This document shows positions 26,444-39,900 of a stretch of DNA of 64,000 nt, one piece after another. The stretch is taken from NCBI GenBank assembly GCA_051294905.1, contig CM119372.1, positions 18,292,001 to 18,356,000 on the forward strand, given 5' to 3'. Within the stretch, counting starts at the first letter, position 1; every line of letters begins with the position of its first letter. A program made the position numbers and the translations under genes. The DNA is from Botryllus schlosseri. Taxonomy: Eukaryota. The notes beneath the pieces are model-generated. The model did not search any database. It had not been told where the DNA came from and saw nothing but the letters and a program-made list of their open reading frames with translations.

Positions 26444-28563
26444 GTGAATAATATTACTTTCGTGTCTCTACCTAAATATGTATACGAAACGATTGCTAAT
26501 CGAGATCCGTAAAGATGATGCATCATATGCGTTGCTACGAAAGCACAATCGAAATCCACCTTTATCGAAATCAATATCGTCGCGGTGTAATTTGCGTCAT
26601 CATTACCTCGATATAGGAATGCTCATCGCATCAAGTAATGTGCTGATCGCATGAGCAATTTACCGATGAATGCTACATGTTTAACTTAATCATTTCGCGG
26701 CAATGTCGTTTGTTCTGAGATTACTCGAGGTGAAAATACACTCAGTGACGACCAGCGATGTATTATTGCCTGTACTGTATTTGTGTATATCATCCACGTC
26801 TTGGAATGTGTGTGTTTATGTTCTGTCGCGTGTTAGCACTCGTTTCCTTCCAGCTCGCATCCGCTTACTCCCGGGATCGCATCGATAATAGGATGAGGCC
26901 GAATTTTACGCTTCTAGCCTCCCAGAATCGCCTGGCACAGCCAACCTTGCGCGCTACAGGTATAAAAGGCTTCAACATTCAAGTACCCGGTCTGTGTGGC
27001 ACTCATTTTAGAAACGCTTTCTTCTCACAATCAGATGATGCAAATAAATCCTGGATATTCTGCTACTTCGACGACGAACGGCGGTGTGAATCGATTTACC
27101 GCCTGAGGACATCCAAATAAGTTATATTGCCGAGAGAAAGAATTCTCCTAGCGGTAAATGTCTTCCTAGAATCGGGGATGAGCGGAGTCTACGAATAGGC
27201 GCAGAGTTCACCCGATTAAAAATGCTTCATCGGGCTGACGGAGATGAACAAAGAGTGGGGAATTGCGATGAAAAATAACAGTAATAGACGCCGATGGGCT
27301 AATCTATACGGCGCTGTATATGTCCCGCAAAACCAAATGGAGGCTGTGAACATGGACAATTCATTTAATATTTATTATAACGCACTGAAAGACGACCGTT
27401 TGGCTGTACAATTGTACTTCGCATGGCTATTTTTTTTTATTGATTAGGCCAGATCTATACGACACGGCGTATCAGTTTCGTACATATTTTCACGCGTATG
27501 CCAATGACGCGCATCGCGTACCAGACGAGTTCAGCTGAACGATTGCAGTTTTTATCAACGAAAATAAATATTCTTCTATTTCATTGGAACATTTCAAGTG
27601 CTTGTATATCGGCGAGAATAAGACATACCGTATACATCACGACGGGAGCTCATTGTTACTTCCAGGCTGTAATTACTTCCTACTCCGAGTAATATAACGA
27701 AAGGCCGAGACGGATAGCCGTCAAAAAGTTATCGCTGCTAGCACCGTCACTAGTCAAGGAAGGGTAGGTCATAAGTTGAGCTGAAACAGTTATTGATAGC
27801 AGTTATTCCAGCCGATCTCAGCCAGAAGTCTGAATTGGAATAGCATCGAAGAAGTATCAGTTTCCGCTAGGGCGTTAGACAGAATGATGCATAGTTTGTA
27901 TTGATTGGTCATCAATCTACAGAATCACCAATCAGTCTTCCTAATATCATAAATGTTTTGCGATGCTATATAGCACAGGGGTTCTCAACTGTGGCCTAGG
28001 CCCCCGATGCGGCGCAGAGCATTTTCAGGGGCACGATAAAAGGCTTCAGTAATGAATTATAACATGTATTAATTGACAAAAACGGAGAATTGTGACACAG
28101 AAAGCACTCATCTATAGGTGTTATTATCATAATGCTAACCAAAAGCATGTTTTTCATCGTATGTTCTATCTCACTGCATGTTGCATAATCTTTTGTGATT
28201 GTAACGTAACAAGCAAGGATACGCTTGATATATTGGCGTCGTCTACTACGAAAAATGAAAGCATTGGCGTGGTTTTTTGATGTTTTAACGTATAGGGAGG
28301 AGCAAAATCGGTTCACAGCCGATTTGAATGTCCCCTTCCGATTAGTATTGTATAATTACAATTAAAAATTATTTAAATTTCCGAAATAAAGCAACAATTG
28401 CGCCTGTTCCGTGAATTAGTCATAATTCTATGGTATATGGGAGTCAGTTAACATGATTATTTGACGTTGTTAATCCAAACATGAGGTGAGGATGGGTAAT
28501 ACAAAGTGCCCGAGATATAACTACGTTGTCGATTCGATTCGAATAATCTGGTTTGATATTAGA

Positions 28564-28959
28564 TATGGTTACCATATTTTGAGATCCGACAAAGAGGAAA
28601 CTTTTCAAAAATTCTGAAAGCTCTAGTACCGGCTAAAAAAACTGGTGAATTTGAAATTTTTCCACCAAAACTTCTGTGTTGACTAAAAAATGGTCATCAG
28701 TTTGACTGGACTGCCCAAAAACACCCGCTTTTTTACGATATTTTTGCGGGGTTGACAATTTTAAAAAATAAAAAAAGTTCGTTATTTTGATCGACTCCCT
28801 TATTAGCCACTTTTTCATGGCATTTTAATACTTTTTTTTCCGAAAAAAGAGTACAAATCCCAAAAATATAAGGACATTTAGGCGTCTTCCGAGGACACTT
28901 TCAATTTTGTGAAAAAAAGAGGACAAACCTTTTTAAAGAACACGTTTATGGTAACCCTA
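28564..28959. mobile_element. hAT-type MITE, TAGGGTTACCA family
   Basis: tatggttaccata...tatggtaacccta with AGGACA repeats. Confidence 0.7.
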
Positions 28960-29474
28960 TAATAGATATAACTTATTGGAAGTGCGATTCGATTCCCACC
29001 AATTCAAAATGATAAAAGACAGTGATAGAATGAAAAAAAGGAAGATAGCTAGGAATTTTCTTCGCGCTAGGCGCGATTTAGCGTTTATTTAGGCCCAGCC
29101 TTTTTTTATATGGGCACCCGTAGCGCCCCAAACAAAAAAATACGCATCATTTATATAAAAAACATGCATTTTTGTGCCGGTCATTACCCGTCACGCGTCA
29201 ACGACACGCCAAGACTTCTGGAGTGTCAGCCAACAGCAGAGAGAAAGAGTGTGAATACTCCATCGGTTGCGCAGCTATGGCCAATACGCTTGTTTGCTGT
29301 TCATCTTTCTGTGGCATGTACCAGTGCTGTCTTGCCAAATATATAATATTTTTGGCGAACTGGTTCTCTGCTGCTTCTATATTAATATCGGCCTATGATA
29401 TCGGTTATCGGCCTAGTGAGTGTGTCGATAATCGTTATCGGCCTGCCAAAATCAATATCGGTCATCCTCTAGTT

Positions 29475-30942
29475 CAGGGGTTCTCAACTTCCCTTGTGCA
29501 ACGGGCCGCATTTTAACAGCAAAAGACGCTGCGGGCCGCAGAATATTATTACCATGTATTTATGGGCTACTATTACATTTAGTCTACTGTAGCCTATTTA
29601 CCGGGCATTTAGTACATTTTATGCATTCCAAAGCATTAATGGACAACGTTAGTAAGTTTACAGTGACTGTTTTTTTATTTTGTTTGTGAGAATATATATC
29701 TTCCAGCGGCGCAAGTAAATCCCTTCATGTAGCCTGCATTACATTCGTTGCCAAGTAGGTATATATGCACCGCAAACCCTAACACCAGAGAACCGAACTC
29801 TCTGTTTCAATGCGTGAGCGAGTAAGTATGAAATTACGGTCACTCTTTCGTTACAAAGGCCATTATTACTTTGAACTCTCAGTGATTTGAGAAGAAGTCT
29901 GGTGTTCGGGGTATTTTCTGAGCATTGAGCAAACCAATCAAACCTTCTCTCCTTGCCTTCCATGGCTGATGGAGCCCTGCACTAATAGTTACAGAAGTCA
30001 GCTTTTTCAAGTTGATGTTTTTCGCATTTCCTCTGCAAATATACTATGTCTACTCCGATAACATGCATCCAGATAATTAGCTATGCAATGTCTGTCGAGT
30101 ATGTGGATTCGTCCAATGCTAGGCTAAAGTAGTCTACGCGGCAACGTGTTTCAGAACATGCGATGATAAAGATCGACTGGCATTGCTGTTACTCTTCTGG
30201 TCACGGTTGAATCAGACAACTGTAGCTTCGAAATTTGTCAGGTCATGTTGTCTTTGCTACTAAGTTCCGGCAACAGCGAATAGTCGCAGTCTGGTAATGT
30301 TTTATTGAAATCACACCTTCTCTGGCAGATATCTTAGATTTAGCGATCCAAGCAATTTTGAACGATGCGTCTGTAACGTCGCCGCCAATTTTAACAATGC
30401 CCGAAATATAGATTGCTGGGCTTGCCACCTATAGCTAGCAACGTTTTTCTAAGATCAGGCGATAGCCTATATGAAACTCTCGAAGAAACAGACGTGGTAT
30501 CATTTTAAGCTTGCTTCTTTTCATCGACAAATATGACACATCGGTTTTCCATTTATATCTAAGAAAGCAAATTCATTGCCCACTTGAAGTTACAAACCCT
30601 GCCCACGCCGTTTAATTTCTCGTTCCAATTGTCCTTGTTTCTGCTCAAACTATTCGCAGTGTGTGAAACCCTCTTAAAGGTTTACTACGCAGCGGGATTC
30701 TCTTGAACCAGAGTCCAGCCGAATACCGATTCAAAACAATAACAATCTAAACTCAAGCATCTATCAAGAAACCAGAACACATCAAAGAATGAGTAATGAA
30801 ACGAAACCGATACGGTTCGATAAGAGAGCCAAGTAGCTAAATTGATATGTAACAATACTGTGCCAGGAGTAATTGCGTTTATAATGAAAGATGTCGCGGG
30901 CCGCAAGATATACGTCTGCGGGCCGCGGGTTGAGAACCCCTG
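29475..30942 (+). mobile_element. Internally deleted hAT Charlie-type element with degenerate transposase remnants
   Basis: TIR caggggttctcaac...gttgagaacccctg; exact TSD ctctagtt (Charlie-type NTCTAGNN target); frameshifted W..KLA.F.D-like remnant near 30495-30540. Confidence 0.85.
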
Positions 30943-31267
30943 CTCTAGTTTGTAGTTAAATTGTATTCCTTACAACGCATACAGGGCTAACGCCAGATTA
31001 CGACTTTAAAACAAAGGGATCATAGAAATATACCATATCGTCGCTATTTTAAATATTCAACCCTCCACTCTTGTACTTATGCCAATTCGATTGTTTGCGA
31101 ATAAAGGTGTTAGTACAACAGAGCCCAATGTTCGGTAGGCCTGATACAACGTAATATACTGTCATGTACAGTGAACACAGGCGTGATAATGAAGTATTCG
31201 AGTAAAGAACAAGGGCTTGGATTTTGAGGTAAGATTTTGGAATGATTTGCCTGGTGCGGCCGGCGAG

Positions 31268-31790
31268 TAGGGCTGGGCACAATGATTCGAGTACTCGAAT
31301 CTGAATCGAGTGTTAATTTTAATGATTCGAGTCGAGTAGTAAAAGACGATTTTTTCGAGTACTGAAATCATACGCTCCTCGCCACTGAAAGTTAATTTAT
31401 CAACGAAAATTATAGTTTCGATACTAATTTTCGCTGTTGGAGCCTTGAAACCTTGATTGGGGGTATCGTAGCATACGAAACATATAGTACGAACCTATAC
31501 GAAGGTTACTGGACGTAGCACATTTCCGAAGTCATGATAATTTCACATTATTGTCACCAAGCGGAATGAAATCGATATGGTCCGAAAAATACCAAAGTAT
31601 CATTTATGAGATGGATAACAGGCATTATATTCTTTGTGGTGGCATAGACGGTACATATTGAACTTTGACGCATAACATTCTGTTATGACGTCATAATTGT
31701 TGGTACTCGATTACTCGACTCGACTCGACTCGAAGCATATTACGTGATTCAGAATCGAATCACTCAGGTACTCGATTTTGCCCAGTCCTG
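31268..31790 (+). mobile_element. hAT-type MITE family B (TAGGGCTGGGCA TIR, CTCGA repeats)
   Basis: Homologous to 57558-58073 and 62641-63167; imperfect TSD ccggcgag/gccgcgag; sits inside another MITE end (...tttgacacccctg near 31838). Confidence 0.88.
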
Positions 31791-32269
31791 GCCGCGAGCG
31801 ATCTAAAGGTATGAATCAAGTTGAGTTTGACACCCCTGCACTATTAGGTCAACAAAGGGTGCCTAATAAGGCAGTGACATACAAGTTTCTAACCACAGGT
31901 TGCCGACCACTGGTTTAATCAACCGATATATCGAGTGCAGAGGTGCTCGAAATTCAGTCCGCGGGCCGCGACCGGCCACTTTACTTGACCCTTTCACAAA
32001 ATCTACTGTGTGCAGTTTGACCATGTTGAGATCATGATGGTTTCTATTTATTGTAAGTTTGTGTAACACTTGACGTTGTATAACTTGTGACTACAGTATC
32101 CAGTAATACCACCGATTCCCTCAAACGGAAATACATAACTAAGCGTACGAATTCAGCGGTTTCGTGAATTACGCGTTCTGATTGATTTGTGAACTTCTCA
32201 TCCAATGTATTCTGTTCTGATGAATCAGATTTCAAATGCTGGAGTTTAATCAGTAAACTATATTATACC

Positions 32270-33564
32270 CAGGACCGTAACTGCCGCACCCCAAAACCCC
32301 CAATTGGGGGGGGGGCGAGCTCAAAGGGGGCCCAGAATTATTTCGTGAATTAGCATAAATTATAGAGTATTTTTTGAAAATTCATGCAACTTTTTCAAAA
32401 GTTTTTCGCCAAGTTTTTCAAGTCGCCAAATGTCTTGAATTTTGAGTACTCTTCCCCCAAGAAAAAATACGCAAGATTTATAGAAATGAGCATGGCGGCA
32501 TTGGTCATTACCGCGCCACGATTTACCAAGACATATAAAGTTTTAGGCCATGTAACATGCGCATCCAAGAAGTGGGCCAGGACGATCGGCAGCGAGAAAA
32601 CCTTGGCCGAACCGCCGGACCGCCCTTATGTTGACCGAAAACTTCGTTATATATACAAAATACAAATAGGTTTAATTGTCCATAGGCGCCTGAATGACTG
32701 GCGCCGAATATTCCTGTCTTGGCAATCTGAGCCTCACAAGACAAATGCCATCCCGCAGGGAAAAATTATATGCCAGTGAAGAAATACCAATTTGAAATCG
32801 TGTGCGTCTTTTACTGTAGTAGCCTACGTTTGGGCGATTGTATATATTTTGATATAGCAGACAGGAGGTCACTAAATAACATCGTGTTACGGAGTCATAT
32901 ACCAACGGGCTCTACAGTTTCCATGACACCTCACTCAACTCTGTCGGTAAATCTGTTTACGTGAGCAGAGAGGACAAGACATTGATAGCAATAGATGTGC
33001 AATTCCCTATCTTTTTGGCCGATTTTATCATGATTTATCGAAAATTTTCGCGCTTAGCGCTGGCTCACTACACAGCACGGCAAATTTCGTGGCAAAAGCG
33101 AACAACGTGATTGGGGGTAGGTTTATCACCCTATGGTAGCCCAAGAACCAAGTTTTTTTGGGGGGCCTGGCGAAGTGCTGTTTTGATCCTGCCAACGGGT
33201 ATTCGCCCGAAGGTGTTTAATTATTATTGAGGGGTCCTACCTTTTCAAACACACCTATCCTGTAAATCTGATTACGTGAGCAGTGCGAGGATAAAAATAA
33301 TAGCAATATATATGCAATTCCCGATCATAATGGCCTATTCAATCATGAATTATAAAAATATTTCGCGCTTCGCGCGTCTAGGCGAGTAAAGCTGGCCCAG
33401 TCAAAGGCGTCCGATGTAGATGACAAGTAGGCTATAACGGTAAACAAGGGATAGCATGAGGGGGTCTGGGGGCTTCGCCCCCAGAGGTTCGGTTCATCAT
33501 CATTATGTGGGGAGCCCACGACCAACGTTTGGGGGGGGGCTGACGAAGTGCTGTTACGGCCCTG
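32270..33564. mobile_element. TIR element with CAGG(A/G)CCGTAAC ends and an internal duplication
   Basis: caggaccgtaac...gttacggccctg; exact 8-bp TSD attatacc; about 32945-33185 is repeated at about 33260-33560; related fragment inverted at about 54330-54600. Confidence 0.85.
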
Positions 33565-33579
33565 ATTATACCACTAGAG

Positions 33580-34503
33580 CAGTGGTTCTCAACCGGGGGT
33601 CCGTGAAGCATTTTCAGGGGGTCTGCGAAGCCTCTAAATTTTTAAAATGATCGTCAACCTACTTTTTATTTATTTTAATTAGGAAAAGCATGAGCCAGTT
33701 TCGCTTCATAATTGGTCAGAATTTAGGACTCGCATCATCGAAATGGTCGTCTGAGATAAAATATCCGAATGTGCAAATTCATTTTAATTGTCAATTTGTC
33801 AACAGCCTGCTGATGCAAACCTATTGTTGTTTATAGATTTTTGTTGGGGTTTGTGGAAAAATGAAATGTTGGAGATAGCAAGGTCAAGCAAGGTGACTTC
33901 TAAAAGTTTGCAAAACATTTTGGATTTGGAGTTATCAGTCTCAGCAAATTGGTAACCATTCGTCTGAAATATAAATTCCTGAATTTTTTTCTTAATCTGC
34001 CCCAATGAAGGAATTGAAACCTCGCCACGAAATCCATTTTCTCGTGTATGATATAACCACTAAATAACTTCAATATAAGATGCTAGATAGAAATGACTAG
34101 GCTGGACGTGATATGTTCATTAAAAACTCACAACAAATGCTGTCGTCGGAGGCGTTACGCGGTAATATTACATTCGCCACCAATATATCTTTGTGGAACT
34201 GGAAATGGATTTTGGCACTCATTCATATCAAATCGAAGACGAGTATTTCCAATACAATAAATACAGCTGGAAAATTCCTTTCGAAATAATAAAAGCCTAG
34301 CCAATTTTCACATATAGTATGGAGTTATTTTCAAGAAAAGTCATTTTGTGGCTATTTCTCACTAGCCTACAATTAATATTTGCACAAGACAGATGACGGT
34401 TGCACGATAATTGAGATAATTTTGAACGAAAACTTGAGGGGGTCCGCGGGGTCTGTGACGGTCAAAAAGGGGTCCGCGAACACAAAAAGGTTGAGAACCA
34501 CTG
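33580..34503. mobile_element. hAT Charlie-type MITE (CAGTGGTTCTCAA TIR)
   Basis: TSD cactagag/cactacag (7/8); partial inverted copy begins at 41230. Confidence 0.85.
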
Positions 34504-35145
34504 CACTACAGAGATGCCTACCATATATGCTGTCATTTGTCAGCTGAATTTCGCGCTTCCACTTTAACACTGAAGGTTTCCACCATTTTCATTTAGTTAT
34601 CCTGTTCAGTGTTCACTGGTGAGGAACTGCCTCACATGCCTAATTTGACCGCACGTCACTGGACGAGTGACCATTAGTATATTATAGTGGCCACTGGTCA
34701 TAGGAATGCATACTGCTGTGCTGATTCTTATCAAACAATTCACGGCGATAAATGAAAATCCAGACCAACTTTGATTGGCTAACAGTGATTTATCAAGATT
34801 TTACTCAAAACCAGTACGGAATGTTTGCCGTCCTATTTCCCGAGGTTTTCGAGGGAATTGCGGGTCGTGGAATGATCTTAGGAATTTGAAATTATAAATA
34901 GAGCACTGGCTAGTGAACGATATGACATGCACAGCAAATATCGTTACAGTGAGAGATTGAGAGGGGGAATTTAATACTGAATCATCGTTACAACACCAGT
35001 TCTTTCTCTATTCGAACATTTTCAAATCTATATAAGATGATATATATATTAACTCGAATATGAGTAAATATGTATACGACGGCTGGTAACCACTGATCTA
35101 GTGTGATTATTTTATTTGTGGTTATGTAATTGCGGGTAGATAATC

Positions 35146-35850
35146 CGGCGCTTCTCCGATATACCCCCGAGATCAAACATATCAAAATTTATAAACGGAA
35201 AAATAAATTCGTTTTTTTTTTCGTGTTGGCTACGGAATATTAGGTTTGGAAGTGGGTTAGGGTTATGGTTGGGAGTAGGGTATGCCAATATTAGGGTTGT
35301 GGGTGAGAGATATTAGGATTAGGGGATGACATATATTAGGGTTGTGTGAATGACGTGTACTAAGGTTGGGGGTGATAAAATCCTCGAACTAGCGTCCGAA
35401 ACCCCCAACCCTAATATGTTTTATCCCCCAACCCTAACATCCGTCATCCTACAACCCTAATATCTCCCACTCACAACCCTAATATCCCTCCCCACAACCC
35501 TAATATCTCCCACTCACAACCCTAATATCCCTACCCCACAACCCTAATATCTTCGTCTCACAACCCGAATATCCCTCCCCCACAACCCTAATATCTCCCA
35601 CTCACAACCCTAATATCCCTCCCCACAACCCTGATATCTCCGTCTCACAACCCAAATATCCCTCCCCATAACCCTAATATCTCCCACTCACAACCCTAGT
35701 ATCCCTCCCCACAACCCTAATATCTCCCACCCAAAGCCCTAATATTGGGATACCCTAACAATAACCCTATCTATCCCAATCCTAACAAGAAAAATAATTT
35801 ATTTCTCCGTTTATAAATTTTGATCTCGGGGGCATATCGAAGAAGCGCCG
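35146..35850. mobile_element. Foldback/MITE with about 60-bp TIRs enclosing a telomere-like minisatellite
   Basis: cggcgcttctccgatatacccccgagatcaaa...tttgatctcgggggcatatcgaagaagcgccg; internal TTAGGGTT-type array on the left and AACCCTAA-type array on the right. Confidence 0.8.
35405..35790. repeat. Minisatellite of 21-22 bp units (CACAACCCTAATATC + CCTCCC or TCCCACT) alternating as a dimer
   Basis: Directly visible tandem array. Confidence 0.9.
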
Positions 35851-36965
35851 ATAATAATCCTACCCTTGTGACGTCATCATGAATGGTACTGGTGGCTGAA
35901 TTCTCGACTCGAAATCGAGACACTCAGATAGACCTATTCGTTTTTGTCCAGCCCCAGCAATATAGAAATAGCATGTAGCTTTGATGAGTCGCCGAAGACG
36001 TGTCTGAAGCATTGCCAGAACATCAGCTAGAAACTAATGAATGAACAACAGTTTCCGACTTGGTTATTTTACGTCATACCGATTATCGACCACGCAATAA
36101 GTGTAATTAGTATGTAGCGCGACCGGAAAATACATATAGAGATAAAGCTAGCCGCCACGACAAATTTGCACGCTTATAGTTTACCACAGAACTCGTGACT
36201 GCATTTGCTGGTGGAGTCATCTTCCGTAGCAAAACTGCCCTTGAAAGAGCGCAGCATATGATGCGTGTTAAGAGTTCGGCGGACCTGTGGTGACATAATG
36301 TGATTCACCACTTTCATAACAATATGTACAGATTCCATCACCAAGCAGCTAGCGAATGCGACGTATTCTGAGTAGTATTGTATATAATAGTATCACGCCA
36401 GTTAACAGTGTTATAATGTGAACGGAGAACATATATCTGATAGATGCAGATAATATTGACATCGCGTCCTAAGCCAGATAGATATATAGATAGAGGCTTC
36501 TCGTTAAATCAGCTTCATTTCCCTCGATCCAGTAAAACGTGAAGGAACGGGCAGAAACGATCACATATAGGTGATGAGCTGAACAAGTGAACAATGAACA
36601 TGTCATTGTCGTTAACAAAAGCGGTCATATAAACCCGAAATAGCGAGAATCATTAGGATTTCCAATGTCAGGCATATTGAATCTCAAGCAGCGTGGGAAC
36701 CTTCGCGGTCACAATGCCGGATGACACACATACTTGAACATGTAACCAATACAAAATAATAATTCTGATGTTCTTATTATTATGCAAGAAACAGGCTAAT
36801 AACTATGAAGTAATCCATCGCTCTTCCCTGCATATTTTACTACATTTTGCGTGGCCGTATGGTACTTCCATATGACATCTGTGAGCTCGGAAAAAGAATT
36901 AACTGGAACATATTAGACGGCCTCAGTCTCTTGAAAGTGCTTGATAAAACATCAAGTCAAAGCAG

Positions 36966-39900
36966 ATGCAGAACATGAGATATGAAACAAACGGTCCGTC
37001 AGCCGAAGACAGAATTGCCCGCGGAAGCGCCAGCGACTTGCCTAGGCTGAAGGTGGTCGTAGTGGGAGACGGTGGCACTGGAAAAACGTCCCTGCTGGTG
37101 GTTTTCACGGACGGCGCATTTCCTGAGGTAAGAAACTGGAATATAGTGTGCTGGTCATATCATATCTAGGACAGGCGATTAGAATGAATGCCCTACCGTA
37201 CTCTTTCAATATGGTGTTAACATGAAGTTTTATCAATTTTCCCGCTGGAAATATGCTTGGCCACAAATCTTTATCCTGGCGGAAGCCTGCCATGCATTCT
37301 GCATTATACGAGAAAACCTACCTGATAGCTGATATTGGTAGTACATGGCGACGCTTGATACCGGAAATGACTTGAAAAATGACAAAGTGTCATCATTCTC
37401 GTGATAATCACTTGGTGGTGTCATCACGTAAAACTTTTACGGGCGAATGAGCAGAGGTGGTCAGTAACGAAGTACTTTTTCGAAGTGCTCAAGTAGTTTT
37501 CCTCTTCTTCTGGTACTTACTTAAGTAGATCTGATTTTCGCTACTTCTGCTTCTACTTCGTAATTTTTTTTGTGATCTACTTACTTACTTTTCGCTATTT
37601 TCAGTTTGTCAAGTAGAAGTAGTTTAATCCTCCAATCAGGAAGATAGCCTGAGGAATTTTGGGGCTGTTTTCAAGGAGTATCAACATTTAATTTTCATAA
37701 AAGTTGAGTAAAGCCCATAATTTTCGTCGCGCTCCGCGCTCAGTGGATACGGAGTAACCAGCATGATTTCACGAAAGTTTCGGTGAATATAATTTAGATA
37801 GCGGGTTGGCGTGGTTCCGTTCACACCGCAATGTCGCTCTTTGCCCATATAAAACTTTTCATCACAGTATATATATGGCTCATCATAATGTGTGAAACTG
37901 ATGCTTAGCAATCTAGCATTTCCCTATCATATCGTAATCTAGCAGTTCATGACGTATGCTAATCTGGAAAAGTGGAATCTGACTTTTGTTAGTTTTAGAG
38001 CTGTTTTAGCATGCCACCATTGATACTTTCTGGACTAAAGACACATGAAGTACATTTTCCACTTTTATAATTAGTATTTATATTTCACATTCAATTCCCA
38101 GTATCATATATTTTGAGTTATAATTGATATCAGTTCTTGTGTCTGGATAAAATACATGTTGAATTATAAAAGCAAGTGTAGTAATACCTTTCATTTCCGG
38201 AAATAAAGCTACACAAAATGGCATTTTTACGATCCACCATATTTTTCATTCACGTTTTCTAATCGCGCAAAGTGTTTACTCCGTATCCAATACAACTTCT
38301 CCGTATTGTTCTTCGACTAAACTACGGGCCTTATAATATGGGGGAGTGCGCCATTACCATGATATTTTCCAAAACTTGCTGTTCGATTGAACATAGGATT
38401 AGTATCGCATTTCCATATAAATATCATCATTTTCATCCCATTATGCGGACGAATGCTTATGCTGTCGAAAATCGAATACCTCGTGATATGCATCAATATG
38501 AATTAAGCTCGACACCTTTTCGCATAGCTCAATTTGCACCTTTTGACAACCCATGCGAACGAATTACGATCGTTTTCACAACTACTTACTTACTTGTGTA
38601 GATTTAAAGTCGATCAATTCTACTTCTACTTCAAGTAGTTTTAGGTTCCTTGTGGAAGAAGTACTTGTACTTGTACTTGAGTAGATTTTTTTAGCCGCTA
38701 CTTCTACTTCTACTTGAGTAGCTTTCTTGACTACTTTGACCACCTCTGCGAATGAGGTTGTAGCAAGGATGCCAACTGGCATATTGGAATGCCAAATTTC
38801 GCGATTTTGTTATTTTAAAAGACGTTTGGCATAAGACCGAAGCTTGGAATATCGTCTGGACTTGCTCATACAGATCTATATACCGCTATATTTATTTGAA
38901 ATTGGTTGATAGACTAGACCAGTGATTCCCAACCGCGGCTCTGAGAGCCGCATGCCACTTCAAGGTAGCCTTTTTGCGGCTATGATTGATCTCTAAATAT
39001 GCCAAAAATATAGTAGACGACAGTTGCTGTCTGTTTCCGTGAATAGTTATAGTCAATTTCTGTATATGAATACTAAAATGAGGGATATTAGTTATGTCTA
39101 AAGCGGTCCAAAAGGCCGCTTCAGAAAACCCGGAAACAGAATTCTTGCATACTAGCGTCAAACGCATGGACGAATAGCCTCGAGACAAGAATATATCCTT
39201 AGTTCTGCTTTTATGTATATAGTCTCCGTGAAGAGTAAATTTCGACACAATTCTACTAATATCAAAATAACGGCTCATAGTCAACTAGAAATTGCAATAA
39301 GTCCAATATTACTCAGCGATAATCCCCCACAAACGTGTGCCTAAAGTGCTGGAATGTATGAAGAGCTATCACATAACGACATGACATTATAGTATGTTGA
39401 AGCAATGATATGCATTTTCAGTTTATTTCAATGTATAGCACTCGCAAATCTACGTCTATCAATACTAAAATTACCGATATGGAATTTACAGAAGTCCCTG
39501 TTCATTGTGCATGCTTTTGAATTAGCTGGGTGATGAGATCCAGACGTAGGCTTAGGCTATAGCTACCTTTAAATTTTCGTCATAAGTAGCTTACTCGAGT
39601 ATTCTCATGCGGCTCCATACGTACTCTGAAGTTTGAAATGAGGCCCCGACATTCAAAAAAGTTGGGAGCTACTGGACTAAAAAAATATTGATAAGATCGC
39701 GAAGATGGAACGTGTGATATAATATTGCTTTTGAGTGGAGTTGACAATGTGACCCCCAGCTTCTTATTGCCATCCACCAGAAATTGTCATTCATCATCTG
39801 ATCATATATACAATATTTGTAAACATTCGACTGGCTGACAAATCATGTAGGCCCTTGGTAGGCCATGGTAGGCCATGGTAGGCCATGGTAGGCCCATGTA

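Noticed and set aside
35240..35790. Interstitial telomere or chromosome-fusion scar
   Set aside because: Units are 21-22 bp rather than (TTAGGG)n and are enclosed by element TIRs.
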